Positions 1-9,250 of a DNA stretch of 62,256 nucleotides are shown here, in pieces. The DNA is taken from UHGV virus genome UHGV-0344594; one strand, written 5' to 3'. This DNA comes from a virus. The notes below the pieces were generated by a model that had not been told where the DNA came from, did no database searches, and worked only from the letters and a program-made list of their open reading frames with translations. Both the position numbers and the translations under genes were made by a program. The number at the start of each line of letters is the position of its first letter. Within the stretch, counting starts at the first letter, position 1.

Positions 1-2
1 AA

Positions 3-467
3 ATGCACCGCCAGGAAGAAGATATGAAGAAGCAGGCATCGACGTTTGCGGCCCTGTTCGGCGGTAAGCCGGTCTATCAAAAGACCATGTGCGACTGGCG
101 CTTTTATGGCGTCCTGTTCTTCGGCCGCGCGTATGGACACGAAGATCTGTGGACGAAGGGCACCAGCAAGAACGGCGGCGCGCGCCAGCCTCGCGTTAAG
201 GTGCCTGCTAACCTGAAGCGTGAATCAGAAGCGCTGTGGCAGCTGTGGAATGACCAGCGGCCGCATATCACTGCCGACCGTGAAGCGTTCTACGAGTCTA
301 TCGGTCTGGACTGGGGCAACCTCATGTTTTGCGGCTTTGCCTCTTTCCGTTATGGCGACGTGATCTACGTCGAAACCAGGGCCACGCCGAAGCCTGAAGC
401 CGGTGGCGTGGAAATTCTCGGAAGTGAATTCGCCGCCGCTGAGCGCGCGGCTAAGGAAACCAATTGA
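3..467 (+). CDS. hypothetical protein (5'-truncated at window edge)
   Basis: Open frame running in from the window edge and ending TGA at 465-467. No recognisable motifs. Confidence 0.35.
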   Translation: MHRQEEDMKKQASTFAALFGGKPVYQKTMCDWRFYGVLFFGRAYGHEDLWTKGTSKNGGARQPRVKVPANLKRESEALWQLWNDQRPHITADREAFYESIGLDWGNLMFCGFASFRYGDVIYVETRATPKPEAGGVEILGSEFAAAERAAKETN

Positions 468-817
468 GCAAATACCGCAAAGGCATCGCCTATCTGCGCA
501 AGATGAAGCCGACCGACCGCGCCAACGATTTTCGCACCGCCGCGCGCCTGGGCATGTTCTCGGATCCGAATAACTGGAAGCATCCGGAGCGCTGCAAGCC
601 GGTAGTGATGGCCCAGCACGGCGTTAAAGGCGTGTCGGGTGCCTGGATGAACCATGACGAGGCTGTTCGCAGCCTCCTCGCCCGCGTTCCGAAGAGACGC
701 CGGAATGCCAAGCATAACCCGCGCCGTGGCCTGCGACTGACCAAAGGGGATTTGAGAAAGGCTTTCCGGCGCTGGCGCTTCCCGGAGGCCCGTAATGTGC
801 CAGGCACTCGTTCTTAA
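464..817 (+). CDS. hypothetical basic protein (117 aa)
   Basis: ORF overlapping the previous stop (ATGA). Arg/Lys-rich. No motif recognised. Confidence 0.3.
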   Translation: MSKYRKGIAYLRKMKPTDRANDFRTAARLGMFSDPNNWKHPERCKPVVMAQHGVKGVSGAWMNHDEAVRSLLARVPKRRRNAKHNPRRGLRLTKGDLRKAFRRWRFPEARNVPGTRS

Positions 818-1133
818 ATACTCAAACGCCGAACCGGAACAGCTGCTGGGCGTCATCCCGCTGGAAGAAGTGGCGGAGCTGATGCGGATGCGAATTCTGG
901 TAAAAGTCAGGGCTGAAGTCGAAAGCGAGTATCAGGGCCGCATTGACGATGCGGTGGGCGACGCCAGCGAATGGGAGGACAGAGCCAACGAAGCTGAGGA
1001 TGAGGTCGATATTTGGAAATGTCGGGCCGTTGAGCTTTACCGGGCTATGGAGCGCGCTGCATCGCTACCAGAGCCATACGCCATGCAGATACTGAAGCAC
1101 TGCATGGAGAAGCACAAAAAACACATCGACTAA
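795..1133 (+). CDS. hypothetical acidic protein (112 aa)
   Basis: ORF co-directional with its neighbours. No motif recognised. Confidence 0.3.
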   Translation: MCQALVLKYSNAEPEQLLGVIPLEEVAELMRMRILVKVRAEVESEYQGRIDDAVGDASEWEDRANEAEDEVDIWKCRAVELYRAMERAASLPEPYAMQILKHCMEKHKKHID

Positions 1134-1267
1134 CCGGAGGTGCCCATGCGGGAAGAAGAGATACAGCGTCTCGCTCCCCTTAACCGCATAGGTTGACGGG
1201 GCCAGGCATCCGTTACCACCTGAAACATTATCATCAACCACCGCCCCCAGGGGCTAAAGAGAAAGGC

Positions 1268-2242
1268 ATGACTACCGAAAATATTGTTCAAGACACTGAA
1301 GAAAGCCGTATCGCACAGCAAAAGCGCGAAACGCTTCACTCACTGCTTTACATCATGGCTGAGTGTGCGCCTTCGGCAGAAAAATTCATGGGCATCGACG
1401 TGAAGGCGCTGGCCCGGAAGGTGAACGAAGCCTACGACCAGTTAGGCAACAACTATACCGTTGAAGCGGATCCAGCAGCCAATCCGCTTGCCGGTCTGGT
1501 GGTTCCCGGCAATAACGTCCTGGCTATGCATGCTGGATCTACCGGCGTCGCAGAAGGGGTAAATCTGGGTTCATCGTTCAAAGCCAGCAAAAAAGAGTAC
1601 GCCAAATTCCCTTCGCATCTGAGCCACTTTTCCTTTGGCGAGATCCAGGATATTGACGGCCAGCTGAGAATGGAAGCACGGATTTACTGGGATGATGGTT
1701 CTAAGACCGAAAAATCTGTGTGGTGCGGAAGCCTTGGTACGCCGAAAGACGAAGCTGAGCGCATCGCTCGCAATCGTATTTGGCTGTATGCCTCCACAAA
1801 AGACGAACGCGATTTGGAAGAGTGCGCGAGTGCCGAAGAAACGAAAAAAGGCACCCCTACCGTTCTGATCGCACTGCCTGCGGGTGCTGGTATGTCGCTC
1901 ACCCCGGAGCAGGCCAGCTTCAATCTTCCGGAGGGGATCTCCACCGGCCAGATCTCGGACGGCTATCACACGTTCGATGAGCTGTACGCTCACCGTGTTC
2001 GCCTTTTCTCCGCCCTGATGAGCGCTCACGAAGATAAGGCCTGGTGGAGCCATCGTCATCATGACGGCAGCAAAATGGATGGCTGGATCATTGCCGGAAT
2101 CAAAACTCCCGGCGGGATGGTGACATACCACCTTCCTGAATCAGAAATACCCAACCTTCCCGCATGGCTTGAGCTTGATCGCGGGATGGCATGGGACGGG
2201 CACACCGCCGATGACGTGCTGGAGCGCCTGAAGTCTCTCTAA
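1268..2242 (+). CDS. hypothetical protein (324 aa)
   Basis: ATG at 1268 is preceded by AAAGAGAAAGG. The long ORF track entry (1193) has no RBS. Confidence 0.5.
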   Translation: MTTENIVQDTEESRIAQQKRETLHSLLYIMAECAPSAEKFMGIDVKALARKVNEAYDQLGNNYTVEADPAANPLAGLVVPGNNVLAMHAGSTGVAEGVNLGSSFKASKKEYAKFPSHLSHFSFGEIQDIDGQLRMEARIYWDDGSKTEKSVWCGSLGTPKDEAERIARNRIWLYASTKDERDLEECASAEETKKGTPTVLIALPAGAGMSLTPEQASFNLPEGISTGQISDGYHTFDELYAHRVRLFSALMSAHEDKAWWSHRHHDGSKMDGWIIAGIKTPGGMVTYHLPESEIPNLPAWLELDRGMAWDGHTADDVLERLKSL

Positions 2243-2283
2243 TGCCGGATACCGGCCAATAACAACCCACAAAGGGGGGAAAC

Positions 2284-2793
2284 ATGCAAAAGATTCAACC
2301 GATGGAGCCGCAGCGCGATAGCTATGGCTACTGGTGCCACCCGGATATGCCGGAAATTGAAACCAGCGAGCAGTTTAACAACTGGATTTCTTCGCAGGGG
2401 CTTCAATATGCCCTCCACTGCCTCGATGGCGACGACGGGATCGGCGCTGAAGACGCTCAGGAACGCTACTTCAACAAGGGTGATTGTGACATTCTCGCCT
2501 GGCAACCTTCGACGCCTGAAGGTGAAGGCTGGTTTATCGCGTCGATACACGACACCGAAGACGGTCCGGTATGCTTGTGGATCCGTCACCCGACCGAAGA
2601 GCAGCTGCGCGAAGCGGAAGAGCGCAAAAAGCTGCAGGCGCTGAAAGAGGACTTCCTGGCTAAGCACCGCGCCTGTGAGAAGGCCGCCTATGAGTATTTC
2701 GCAGCCTGCCCGGAAGGCGATGACCGCGTTTTTGCCAGTGAGGTCTACCAGCGCGTTCGTCTTGCCACGTCCCGGAGCGGGAAAGGCGCGTAA
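2284..2793 (+). CDS. hypothetical protein (169 aa)
   Basis: ORF with GGGGGGAAAC RBS, preceded by the CCAATAACAAC leader motif. Confidence 0.5.
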   Translation: MQKIQPMEPQRDSYGYWCHPDMPEIETSEQFNNWISSQGLQYALHCLDGDDGIGAEDAQERYFNKGDCDILAWQPSTPEGEGWFIASIHDTEDGPVCLWIRHPTEEQLREAEERKKLQALKEDFLAKHRACEKAAYEYFAACPEGDDRVFASEVYQRVRLATSRSGKGA

Positions 2794-2835
2794 CCGGCCA
2801 TCACTGGCCCAATAACAACCCATAAGGGGAATATC

Positions 2836-3201
2836 GTGGAAAATCAGCACAAAAAAATTACCGGCTACCGTGATCTCTCGCAGGAAGAGATTGACCTGAT
2901 GAATCGAATTAAAGCCAAAGGTGCGGAGCTTCTGGCGCTGCAGAATGAGCTGGCTAAGTCAATTCGCGACCGGCAGGCATTCCTGATTGAAGTAGTCACA
3001 TCATGGCAGGCCGTCCTTGATGGCCCAGCAATGCTTTCAACCGATCAGGCTGAAGAAGCCAAAACTAACCGCGACGAAGCTCAGGCAGAGCTTGACCTCG
3101 TTGCTGAGGCGGAATCATTCCGCTGGGCAGCTATCGGTAAGACCGACATCCAGACCGGCATCATGGCGCTGGTGCGGGCTGTAGCAAAACCGACTGCCTG
3201 A
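2836..3201 (+). CDS. hypothetical protein (121 aa, GTG start)
   Basis: ORF with AAGGGGAAT RBS and the same CCAATAACAAC leader motif as the gene at 2284. Confidence 0.45.
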   Translation: MENQHKKITGYRDLSQEEIDLMNRIKAKGAELLALQNELAKSIRDRQAFLIEVVTSWQAVLDGPAMLSTDQAEEAKTNRDEAQAELDLVAEAESFRWAAIGKTDIQTGIMALVRAVAKPTA

Positions 3202-3264
3202 TAGTTGGATGATGGGGAAGTTCACGCTTCCCCCTTTTCAGACTGTTTCGCCCTTGTTAATAGC

Positions 3265-3281
3265 GTTGCTGAAACAGCAAC
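3265..3281. promoter_or_regulatory. GTTGC-N7-GCAAC palindrome (site 1, island, upstream of alpA)
   Basis: Exact GTTGCTGAAACAGCAAC. Confidence 0.5.
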
Positions 3282-3295
3282 AGGAGCGAATCAGG

Positions 3296-3502
3296 ATGAG
3301 CAAGAAAAGGTATCTCACGCAGGACGAAGTAGCAGACCGGTACCGGGGGCTTATCTCGGTGCGCACGCTGGCGAATTGGCGCTCGCTGCGCATCGGACCC
3401 AGGTTCACGAAGGTAGGAAAGACCGTTCTCTATGACGAAGCAGAGCTGGACGCGTGGGATGAACGTAATACCGTCAAATGCGCACCATCGGTGCGGGAGT
3501 GA
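3296..3502 (+). CDS. alpA: AlpA-family (prophage CP4-57-type) transcriptional regulator, 68 aa
   Basis: A ~68-aa MerR-like HTH protein (..RYLTQDEVADRYRGLISVRTLANWRS..YDEAELDAWDE) typical of Phage_AlpA. A GTTGC-N7-GCAAC palindrome lies 15 nt upstream. Confidence 0.6.
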   Translation: MSKKRYLTQDEVADRYRGLISVRTLANWRSLRIGPRFTKVGKTVLYDEAELDAWDERNTVKCAPSVRE

Positions 3503-3504
3503 GT

Positions 3505-3945
3505 ATGAAACGTGAAAATCGATATATCGTCATAAAGCGCAAAGATTTAGCCCCTAACGTTCCGCTGGATATGCTGGAGGAGTTCGAAGAGGTATTTTCG
3601 AAAGTATCCCCCCTGCTTCCAGCTCGCGAGTGCGTTGTCGTGGAAAGCGACTGGCCCGAATATGAGCACGTTTGGGAGCTTATCCGCCTTCGCGTCGAGA
3701 ATGCAGAAATCCCCGCCGAAACCGTTCAGGGCGTAGTGGATGCGCCAGCGGTCGATGCCGCGCTGCGTGCCTTCACTGACGACGCCACGAACGATAACGC
3801 GTTCTTCCTGGTCCGCGCCATCATGGAGGCATGCCTGCCGCGCGAGCCTAAAACCTTCGACAGCGTGAAAGAAGGCCTGGCGGCGACGAAAAGCGGTGAA
3901 ACCTTCAAAGTTGGGAAACCTACTTTCGGTCCGGGAGACCGTTAG
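3505..3945 (+). CDS. hypothetical protein (146 aa)
   Basis: ORF starting at an internal ATG (MKRENRYIV) that overlaps the alpA stop. Confidence 0.4.
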   Translation: MKRENRYIVIKRKDLAPNVPLDMLEEFEEVFSKVSPLLPARECVVVESDWPEYEHVWELIRLRVENAEIPAETVQGVVDAPAVDAALRAFTDDATNDNAFFLVRAIMEACLPREPKTFDSVKEGLAATKSGETFKVGKPTFGPGDR

Positions 3946-3953
3946 GGAGACTT

Positions 3954-4199
3954 GTGACCGATAAAATCAGAGCGTCCACCAGAGAGCGCATCGCCTACTG
4001 GCTTCTGCTACTGAAGCCCGGCCAGTGCATGGAGTTTTCCCCGGATGAATACGGGATCAGCCCTAAAACGCTGCTGGCCTATCTCGAAGCGATAAGCGAC
4101 GCCTCTATCGACCGCCGGTACAAGATGTGCAGCGCCGGGTTCCGCAAGATTGGCGTGCGCCGTCTGCGTGACTGGCCGTTTAGCGGCAAGGTGGCGTGA
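3954..4199 (+). CDS. hypothetical protein (81 aa)
   Basis: ORF only. Confidence 0.3.
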   Translation: MTDKIRASTRERIAYWLLLLKPGQCMEFSPDEYGISPKTLLAYLEAISDASIDRRYKMCSAGFRKIGVRRLRDWPFSGKVA

Positions 4200-4272
4200 T
4201 GGATGAGCTGGATGACAGCCTTCCGTATTTTTGTGACAACCGCTGCCCCGGTTGCCGGGGTGAGGATAAAAC

Positions 4273-4464
4273 GTGAACAGACTGAAGATGTGCATGGTGG
4301 CCGTGCTGGGACTGGTTGGCGCGCCGGTGAAGTGGACGCCGACGCCAGAGGTCCAAGCGCTGGCCGAACCTACCGGCGGCTATCCGGTCACTGATCGCCA
4401 TACCGGAAAGGCCAAAGAACGCCGTGAAGCAAAGCGCCGTCGCCGCGCTAAGGGGAGAAAGTGA
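4273..4464 (+). CDS. hypothetical small protein with N-terminal hydrophobic segment and basic tail
   Basis: ORF only. Sequence MCMVAVLGLVGAPV followed by an Arg/Lys-rich C-terminus. Confidence 0.25.
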   Translation: MNRLKMCMVAVLGLVGAPVKWTPTPEVQALAEPTGGYPVTDRHTGKAKERREAKRRRRAKGRK

Positions 4465-4727
4465 GCACTTCAAAACATCCAAAGCCGCATTTTGTGAAGT
4501 GCAATGGGAAGTGGCAGGCCTGCTACGGCAATCGGTCGAAGGGTAGCAAGTTCCGCTTCCAGATGGTCATGGCGGAGGATGAGAACCCATTAGCTGCTTA
4601 CATTAAATACCTTGATGCTCTGATGCAGGTGGAGGCATGGCAGGAAGCTGTAGGGGCTGGGAGGGGTGGAAAATCCATCCTTAGCGGCCTGCGCATAGCC
4701 TATCTACGGTTAAGGGGGAAAATGTGA
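4461..4727 (+). CDS. hypothetical protein (88 aa)
   Basis: ORF overlapping the previous stop. Confidence 0.3.
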   Translation: MSTSKHPKPHFVKCNGKWQACYGNRSKGSKFRFQMVMAEDENPLAAYIKYLDALMQVEAWQEAVGAGRGGKSILSGLRIAYLRLRGKM

Positions 4728-4812
4728 CAGCATTACAATGGGGGCTGATTATCGGTTTTACGATTGGCCTGACCGTAGCAAAAACCGCCGCGACGTTCGG
4801 CATGTTTTCAGG

Positions 4813-5067
4813 ATGGTGAGTATGAGTAAACGAGATATCAAAGCGAAACGCTGGGGTCGCAAATCAGCGAAGCGTCAGATGGCAGTCGAGCCGGTAATTG
4901 TTGACGGGTTTCCGAGAGGGCTGCAGCTACGTTTTCTGACGCAGTACCGGAAGTTTGGCGATGGAAGGGAGCAACTGCGCGACGGCGTTCCTGATTTTCG
5001 CGGTGGCTCAGCGGTGATGTGGGGGGATTGGTTCGATGTGCGAGGGGGTGAGCGTGTCCAGGGTTAA
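4813..5067 (+). CDS. hypothetical basic protein
   Basis: ORF 4738-5067. An internal Met (MVSMSKRD) is the likelier start. Confidence 0.25.
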   Translation: MVSMSKRDIKAKRWGRKSAKRQMAVEPVIVDGFPRGLQLRFLTQYRKFGDGREQLRDGVPDFRGGSAVMWGDWFDVRGGERVQG

Positions 5068-5440
5068 CGGGCGCAGGCCGCCCACGTTATCCCCTCTCCC
5101 GCAGCCGGTAGAGCCAAAGAAGATCGGCTGCGGAAAAAGCCTCGGTGGTTACATGGATCAGAGCGTGCCTGACAGATGCGGTGCGGTGGGCCTGGATGGA
5201 CTACATCTGTGCAGCGAGTGCTATCAAACCGTACAGGATATTGCAGGTGGTGAGCATGGTCACAGGTAGCGATCTGCTGGATATCCTCATCGCGATACCG
5301 GCGCTGATTTGCATCCGCCTGGCGTTGAAAGATATGTAGCGGTAATGCTGGTGGCGGTGAGTGACCGAACGGGAATGTGCGAGAGGTCAAAACGAAACCA
5401 GTACCAGTCCGCTACACCAGTTAGGCGGCATAACAGGCTA

Positions 5441-5542
5441 AAGGGTTTGAAAACAAAGAGGAATTTGAACCGGGTAAGCGTGGTTCACAATCACCCTACT
5501 GCCAGTTTTTAGTTCACGCTGGTTCACGCTCAAACCCTTTGA
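5441..5542. repeat. iteron-like region: three GTTCAC repeats bracketed by an 11-bp inverted repeat
   Basis: GTTCAC occurs at 5484-5489, 5512-5517 and 5523-5528. The last two are a tandem 10-bp unit GTTCACGCT(g/c). The inverted repeat is AAAGGGTTTGA (5441-5451) against TCAAACCCTTT (5531-5541). An A/T-rich tract with TTGACT follows. Confidence 0.5.
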
Positions 5543-5684
5543 TTACCGGACTTTTTTTAAGATATTGACTGGTAGCGGCTCCCGATCAATAAACGGGGTG
5601 CGTCGGGCAAACCGACACCAACTACAGCACCAGCTACCACCTACAAACAGCACCACCAAACCGCCTTCGGGCTAAGAGGAAAGG

Positions 5685-5888
5685 ATGGAAAAGTTACTCC
5701 ATATCGTGATGATTTTGGGCTTCATTTATGCCGCCTGGTCGGCCTTTGGATGGATCATGGGTTGCTGGCACTACACCAAAGCAACCACCTTCTTGGAGCA
5801 GGAAGCGCTGACGCACTACGGTACGATCTATCTGCGCCGGGCCGTTCTGAGCCTCGTTATCTCGCTGACAATCTATTTCGTGGCCTGA
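5685..5888 (+). CDS. small membrane protein (67 aa, 2 predicted TM)
   Basis: ORF with AAGAGGAAAGG RBS and two hydrophobic helices. Confidence 0.4.
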   Translation: MEKLLHIVMILGFIYAAWSAFGWIMGCWHYTKATTFLEQEALTHYGTIYLRRAVLSLVISLTIYFVA

Positions 5889-5914
5889 CGCCCGGCAGGG
5901 CTAATGAGGAAGGT

Positions 5915-6229
5915 ATGAGCAAAATTTCCCTGCCCAAGCTGCGCGAGATCTCGCAATCAGCGAAGGAAGTGATCGACGCCCTGGCGGACAAGAACGAGAA
6001 CGTCAGCCAGAACGACAGCGGCAAGATGGTGCAGCTTTACGACTATCTGAATGATGTCGCCGCGCCGCCCGCAGTGGTCAAGGCTATGGCGGACGAACTT
6101 ATCAACCTGCGAGAAATAAACCTGCGCCTACGTCAGCAGCAGATTGCTGATCGTCGTCGCTTTTGTAACCCCGCACCTGAGAGCCTTCTTCGCCTCATCA
6201 GGATCGATTCAGAAGATAACCAGCCATAA
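5915..6229 (+). CDS. hypothetical protein (104 aa)
   Basis: ATG at 5915 after AGGAAGGT. The longer track ORF overlaps the preceding gene. Confidence 0.4.
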   Translation: MSKISLPKLREISQSAKEVIDALADKNENVSQNDSGKMVQLYDYLNDVAAPPAVVKAMADELINLREINLRLRQQQIADRRRFCNPAPESLLRLIRIDSEDNQP

Positions 6230-6246
6230 ACGGCTAAGGAAAGGAA

Positions 6247-6726
6247 ATGAAAGTAACAGATCTCCCAGTTTGGCCGCATCGCCGCGTCTCATTTGTTCTT
6301 GACGATCCAGAACGTGGCGACAATCGGCTTAAAGAAGATGCAGAAATTGCGATGGCTGAGTATCTGGCGGGCCAGAAATGGCTGTCAGAAAACACCGATC
6401 CTTTTGCCATGGATGAAGATGAAACCGACCCTGAAAAAAGGGAACTCATTGAACGATACAGCGCAAATCCATTCGTCACGTCAGTGGGGATTACTGTCAC
6501 TGTGTCCAGCGGACCATTCGACTACAGACTTAACTTTGGGGAGGCTCTTCAGCTGCTGAAAGAAGGCCATAAGGTATATCGAGAAGATTGGGGAAATACT
6601 TCACATTGGCTCGAAATTGGCGATGACGGAAGGATCTGCCTTATGTCCGAAGAGCTACGCATACCCTCTTACAGCCCATCCCATGACGATATTTTCAGCG
6701 ATTTTTGGGCACTGAAAGACAACTAA
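6247..6726 (+). CDS. DUF2829-domain protein (Tad2-like fold)
   Basis: The C-terminal half carries the DUF2829 signature F.EAL.LLKEG.KV.RE.W....WL.I (FGEALQLLKEGHKVYREDWGNTSHWLEI). RBS AAGGAAAGGAAATG. Confidence 0.5.
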   Translation: MKVTDLPVWPHRRVSFVLDDPERGDNRLKEDAEIAMAEYLAGQKWLSENTDPFAMDEDETDPEKRELIERYSANPFVTSVGITVTVSSGPFDYRLNFGEALQLLKEGHKVYREDWGNTSHWLEIGDDGRICLMSEELRIPSYSPSHDDIFSDFWALKDN

Positions 6727-6739
6727 AGGAGACTACCCG

Positions 6740-8005
6740 ATGCCGAGCCTTACAGACGGACAAATCAAGAACGCGCTGAAGCGCGTAGCCAAAGCGCAGA
6801 AACCTGAAACGCTGGTGGACGGCGAAGGGCGCGGCACCGGGCGTCTCATTCTGGTTATCAAGCCCCAGCCGACCCGCGTAACGTCGGTCTTTTACGCGCA
6901 GCAGTGGCGCGACGGGAAGCGCAAACTGAAGAAGCTGGGAGAGTACCCGCACATGACCCTGGCGGATGCCCGCGAGGTATTCACCCGAGACTTTTCCGCC
7001 ACCATCAACAAAGGGGCATCGATCAAAGTCCAGGGCGACACCCGGCCCGGCACCGTGGGCGACCTGTTTGAAGGTTACGCGGACTGGCTACGGGACAGCG
7101 GCAAAATGAGCCATAAGGAAGCCCGGAAAGGCCTGAACAAGATAGCCGATGAGCTGGGCCGCAACCGCTTGGCGCGCGACATCGAGCCGGTTGACGTGCT
7201 GAACGTCCTGCGCCCCATCTATGAGCGCGGGAAGAAGGCTATGGCTGACCATGTGCGCAGCTACGTCAGAAGCGCCTACAGCTGGGGTATGAAGAGCGAG
7301 AACGACTATCGATCCACCAGCCCCCGGCGGTTCAACCTGGTGAGCAACCCGGCGGCGGGCATCCCCACCGAACCGAAGAAGCCCGGAGAGCGCTGGCTAC
7401 GCGAAGAGGAATGGGTGAAGATGTGGCGTTGGCTGCAGAATCCCGACTCTCTCACCCATGAATCCTATCCGCTGGCGATCATGCTGCTAATGCTCACCGG
7501 CCAGCGCGTGCAGGAGATTTGCACCCTGCACAAAGACCAGTACGACGCCGAAGAGGGCATTATCGACTGGCACAAAACCAAGAACGGCCGCCCCCACGCC
7601 ATCCCGCTGCCGTCGCTGGCGAAGGAGCTGCTGGACAGCATCACGCCGAATGAGCACGGCTGGTACTTCCCCGGACAAAAGGATCCGTCAACGTCTGTGC
7701 AGCACCAGACGCTCTATTCCTTCCTGTGGCGGCAGCGCGACCGTGGCGTTATTCCGCACGTCACGAACAGAGACATGCGGCGCACATTCAAGACGCTGGC
7801 AGGTAAAGCAGGTCTGACGCAGGAGATCCGCGACCGGCTGCAGAATCACGCCCGTTTCGACGTCAGCTCACGCCACTATGACCGGTACAGCTATATGGAT
7901 GAGAAGCGAGAGGCGATGGACATTTGGGATAAGTTTGTGCGGGACATGATCAGGGATAAGACACCGCCAAGACTGACGGTCATCGCTGGTACCGAAGCAG
8001 CATAA
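6740..8005 (+). CDS. int: tyrosine integrase, P4-type (DUF4102 N-terminal arm-binding domain)
   Basis: 421 aa. The N-terminus MPSLTDGQIKNA..DGEGRGTGRLIL..YAQQWRDGKRKL..YPHMTLADAREVF matches the P4-integrase arm-binding domain. The C-terminal catalytic region (..HDLRRTF..GH-like, RHYDRYSY) is typical of tyrosine recombinases. The gene sits next to a tRNA. Confidence 0.9.
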   Translation: MPSLTDGQIKNALKRVAKAQKPETLVDGEGRGTGRLILVIKPQPTRVTSVFYAQQWRDGKRKLKKLGEYPHMTLADAREVFTRDFSATINKGASIKVQGDTRPGTVGDLFEGYADWLRDSGKMSHKEARKGLNKIADELGRNRLARDIEPVDVLNVLRPIYERGKKAMADHVRSYVRSAYSWGMKSENDYRSTSPRRFNLVSNPAAGIPTEPKKPGERWLREEEWVKMWRWLQNPDSLTHESYPLAIMLLMLTGQRVQEICTLHKDQYDAEEGIIDWHKTKNGRPHAIPLPSLAKELLDSITPNEHGWYFPGQKDPSTSVQHQTLYSFLWRQRDRGVIPHVTNRDMRRTFKTLAGKAGLTQEIRDRLQNHARFDVSSRHYDRYSYMDEKREAMDIWDKFVRDMIRDKTPPRLTVIAGTEAA

Positions 8006-8008
8006 AAA

Positions 8009-8033
8009 AAGCCCCTTCGGGGGCTTTCTTTTT
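8009..8033. terminator. bidirectional rho-independent terminator
   Basis: AAAAAAAGCCCCTTCGGGGGCTTTCTTTTT: a GC stem flanked by an A-run and a T-run, sitting between the convergent int gene and the 8032-8307 gene. Confidence 0.7.
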
Positions 8034-8307
8034 AGATGAGGGCGCGAAGCTCTGCCTGCATATCACGAAGCTCGATAATTGCTCTTTCTTCTCTCGCAAG
8101 CTCTCTTTCTAAACGCTCAAGAATGCCGCATGGAAGCGGTGACAATTTTTCTTCATCAGCGGTAGTCGGTACCTCACCGCGAAGACGGATCAGCGCCTCA
8201 CGAATTCCGCCAATAATTTCATACAGGTCATCCGTCTGACGCTGTTTTACTTTCAACGCCGCTTCGAGTCTGGAGTTACTTTGAATTTCATAGTCGTTGA
8301 TAGCCAT
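8032..8307 (-). CDS. hypothetical coiled-coil protein (91 aa)
   Basis: ORF between int and the tRNA with RBS GAGGAAATACC. No motif recognised. Confidence 0.4.
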   Translation of the reverse strand: MAINDYEIQSNSRLEAALKVKQRQTDDLYEIIGGIREALIRLRGEVPTTADEEKLSPLPCGILERLERELAREERAIIELRDMQAELRALI

Positions 8308-8512
8308 AGGTATTTCCTCGGTTGGTTGTCGAGGTTATTTTCCTCACTCTGAGGATAAGTGTCTAACGAGGGATTTTTGCTGTAGCGATAAGCGAGACTT
8401 GTTGAAAAAGCGCCCCTGGCGGGTAGAACATTACCCTCTTCCTCCTGTGTGGTTGGTGGAAGACCCCGCCAGGGCGAATAGACCAATCAAACGATTGTTA
8501 TGGATACCGCGC

Positions 8513-8594
8513 CATAACGCAGGGCACCCTCCAGGCTGATTTAACGCCAAAACCTCGCAGATTAAGGGGTTCCTGAAAGATGCCCTGCGTTATG
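8513..8594. repeat. 14-bp inverted repeat abutting the tRNA 3' end (candidate att/core-binding structure)
   Basis: CATAACGCAGGGCA at 8513-8526 pairs with TGCCCTGCGTTATG at 8581-8594. The second arm ends one base before the tRNA CCA end. Confidence 0.4.
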
Positions 8595-8671
8595 TGGTGC
8601 GCCCTACAGGATTTGAACCTGTGGCCTACGGCTTAGAAGGCCGTTGCTCTATCCAGCTGAGCTAAGGGCGC
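8595..8671 (-). tRNA. argU: tRNA-Arg (anticodon TCT), argU-like
   Basis: The reverse complement folds as a 77-nt cloverleaf GCGCCCT..GCTCAGCTGGATAGAGC..ACGGCCTTCTAAGCCGT..CAGGTTCAAATCCTG..AGGGCGCACCA. It has a 7-bp acceptor stem, anticodon loop CTTCTAA and a CCA end. Confidence 0.9.
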
Positions 8672-9221
8672 ATTGTTGTAGCGGTGGTGCCTCCACCTGC
8701 CGGAACGGCCGGACCCGGCGGCGTCACACTATTAAGAACGCATTCATTTTTAACGTTGAATGGTTTGGCCTCGCCGCGTGCGCATAGCCGCAATTACCAC
8801 AACGGAAAGGGCACTACTGGGTCGTTCATTTACAGGTTGATGCTACCCAGACGTTAGCAGCAATGCCCTCACCTGTTGTGTGCCGGGATTCCACCGGCTC
8901 CCATCTGTTTTTTAAGTCGCTCAGATATCGTCTGGACTGCTGTCTATACCAGCTGCTACCGTCCTTTCCCGGCGTCATCGCGTATTCTGGAACGCGAAAC
9001 CGACCTGTTGTCCCCTGTCTGCTTCCAGGGCGTCACACCGTATCGCCACGATGGTGAATCGCTCGTTCGTGCCGGGTAAACACGCGGCTTGCACATTCCG
9101 GCTACCTGCTGCTGGGATGATGGATAAAGGCCCGCTCAGACCGCTAACGATACATGTGCCATGCAACGTACAACGGTGAAAATATAGCAGAGTAGAACGC
9201 GCGATTGCAAATTTAGAACAA

Positions 9222-9250
9222 AAAAAGGCCCGCTGGAACGGCGGGCATGG
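9222..9250 (-). terminator. rho-independent terminator downstream of the lysis cassette
   Basis: Minus strand reads GCCCGCCGTTCCAGCGGGC followed by TTTTTTTG. Confidence 0.6.

Noticed and set aside
1130-1339. Minus-strand 69-aa ORF overlapping the 795-1133/1268 gene junction.
   Set aside because: It is antisense to co-directional + strand genes, has no RBS and a hydrophobic/Arg-rich composition.
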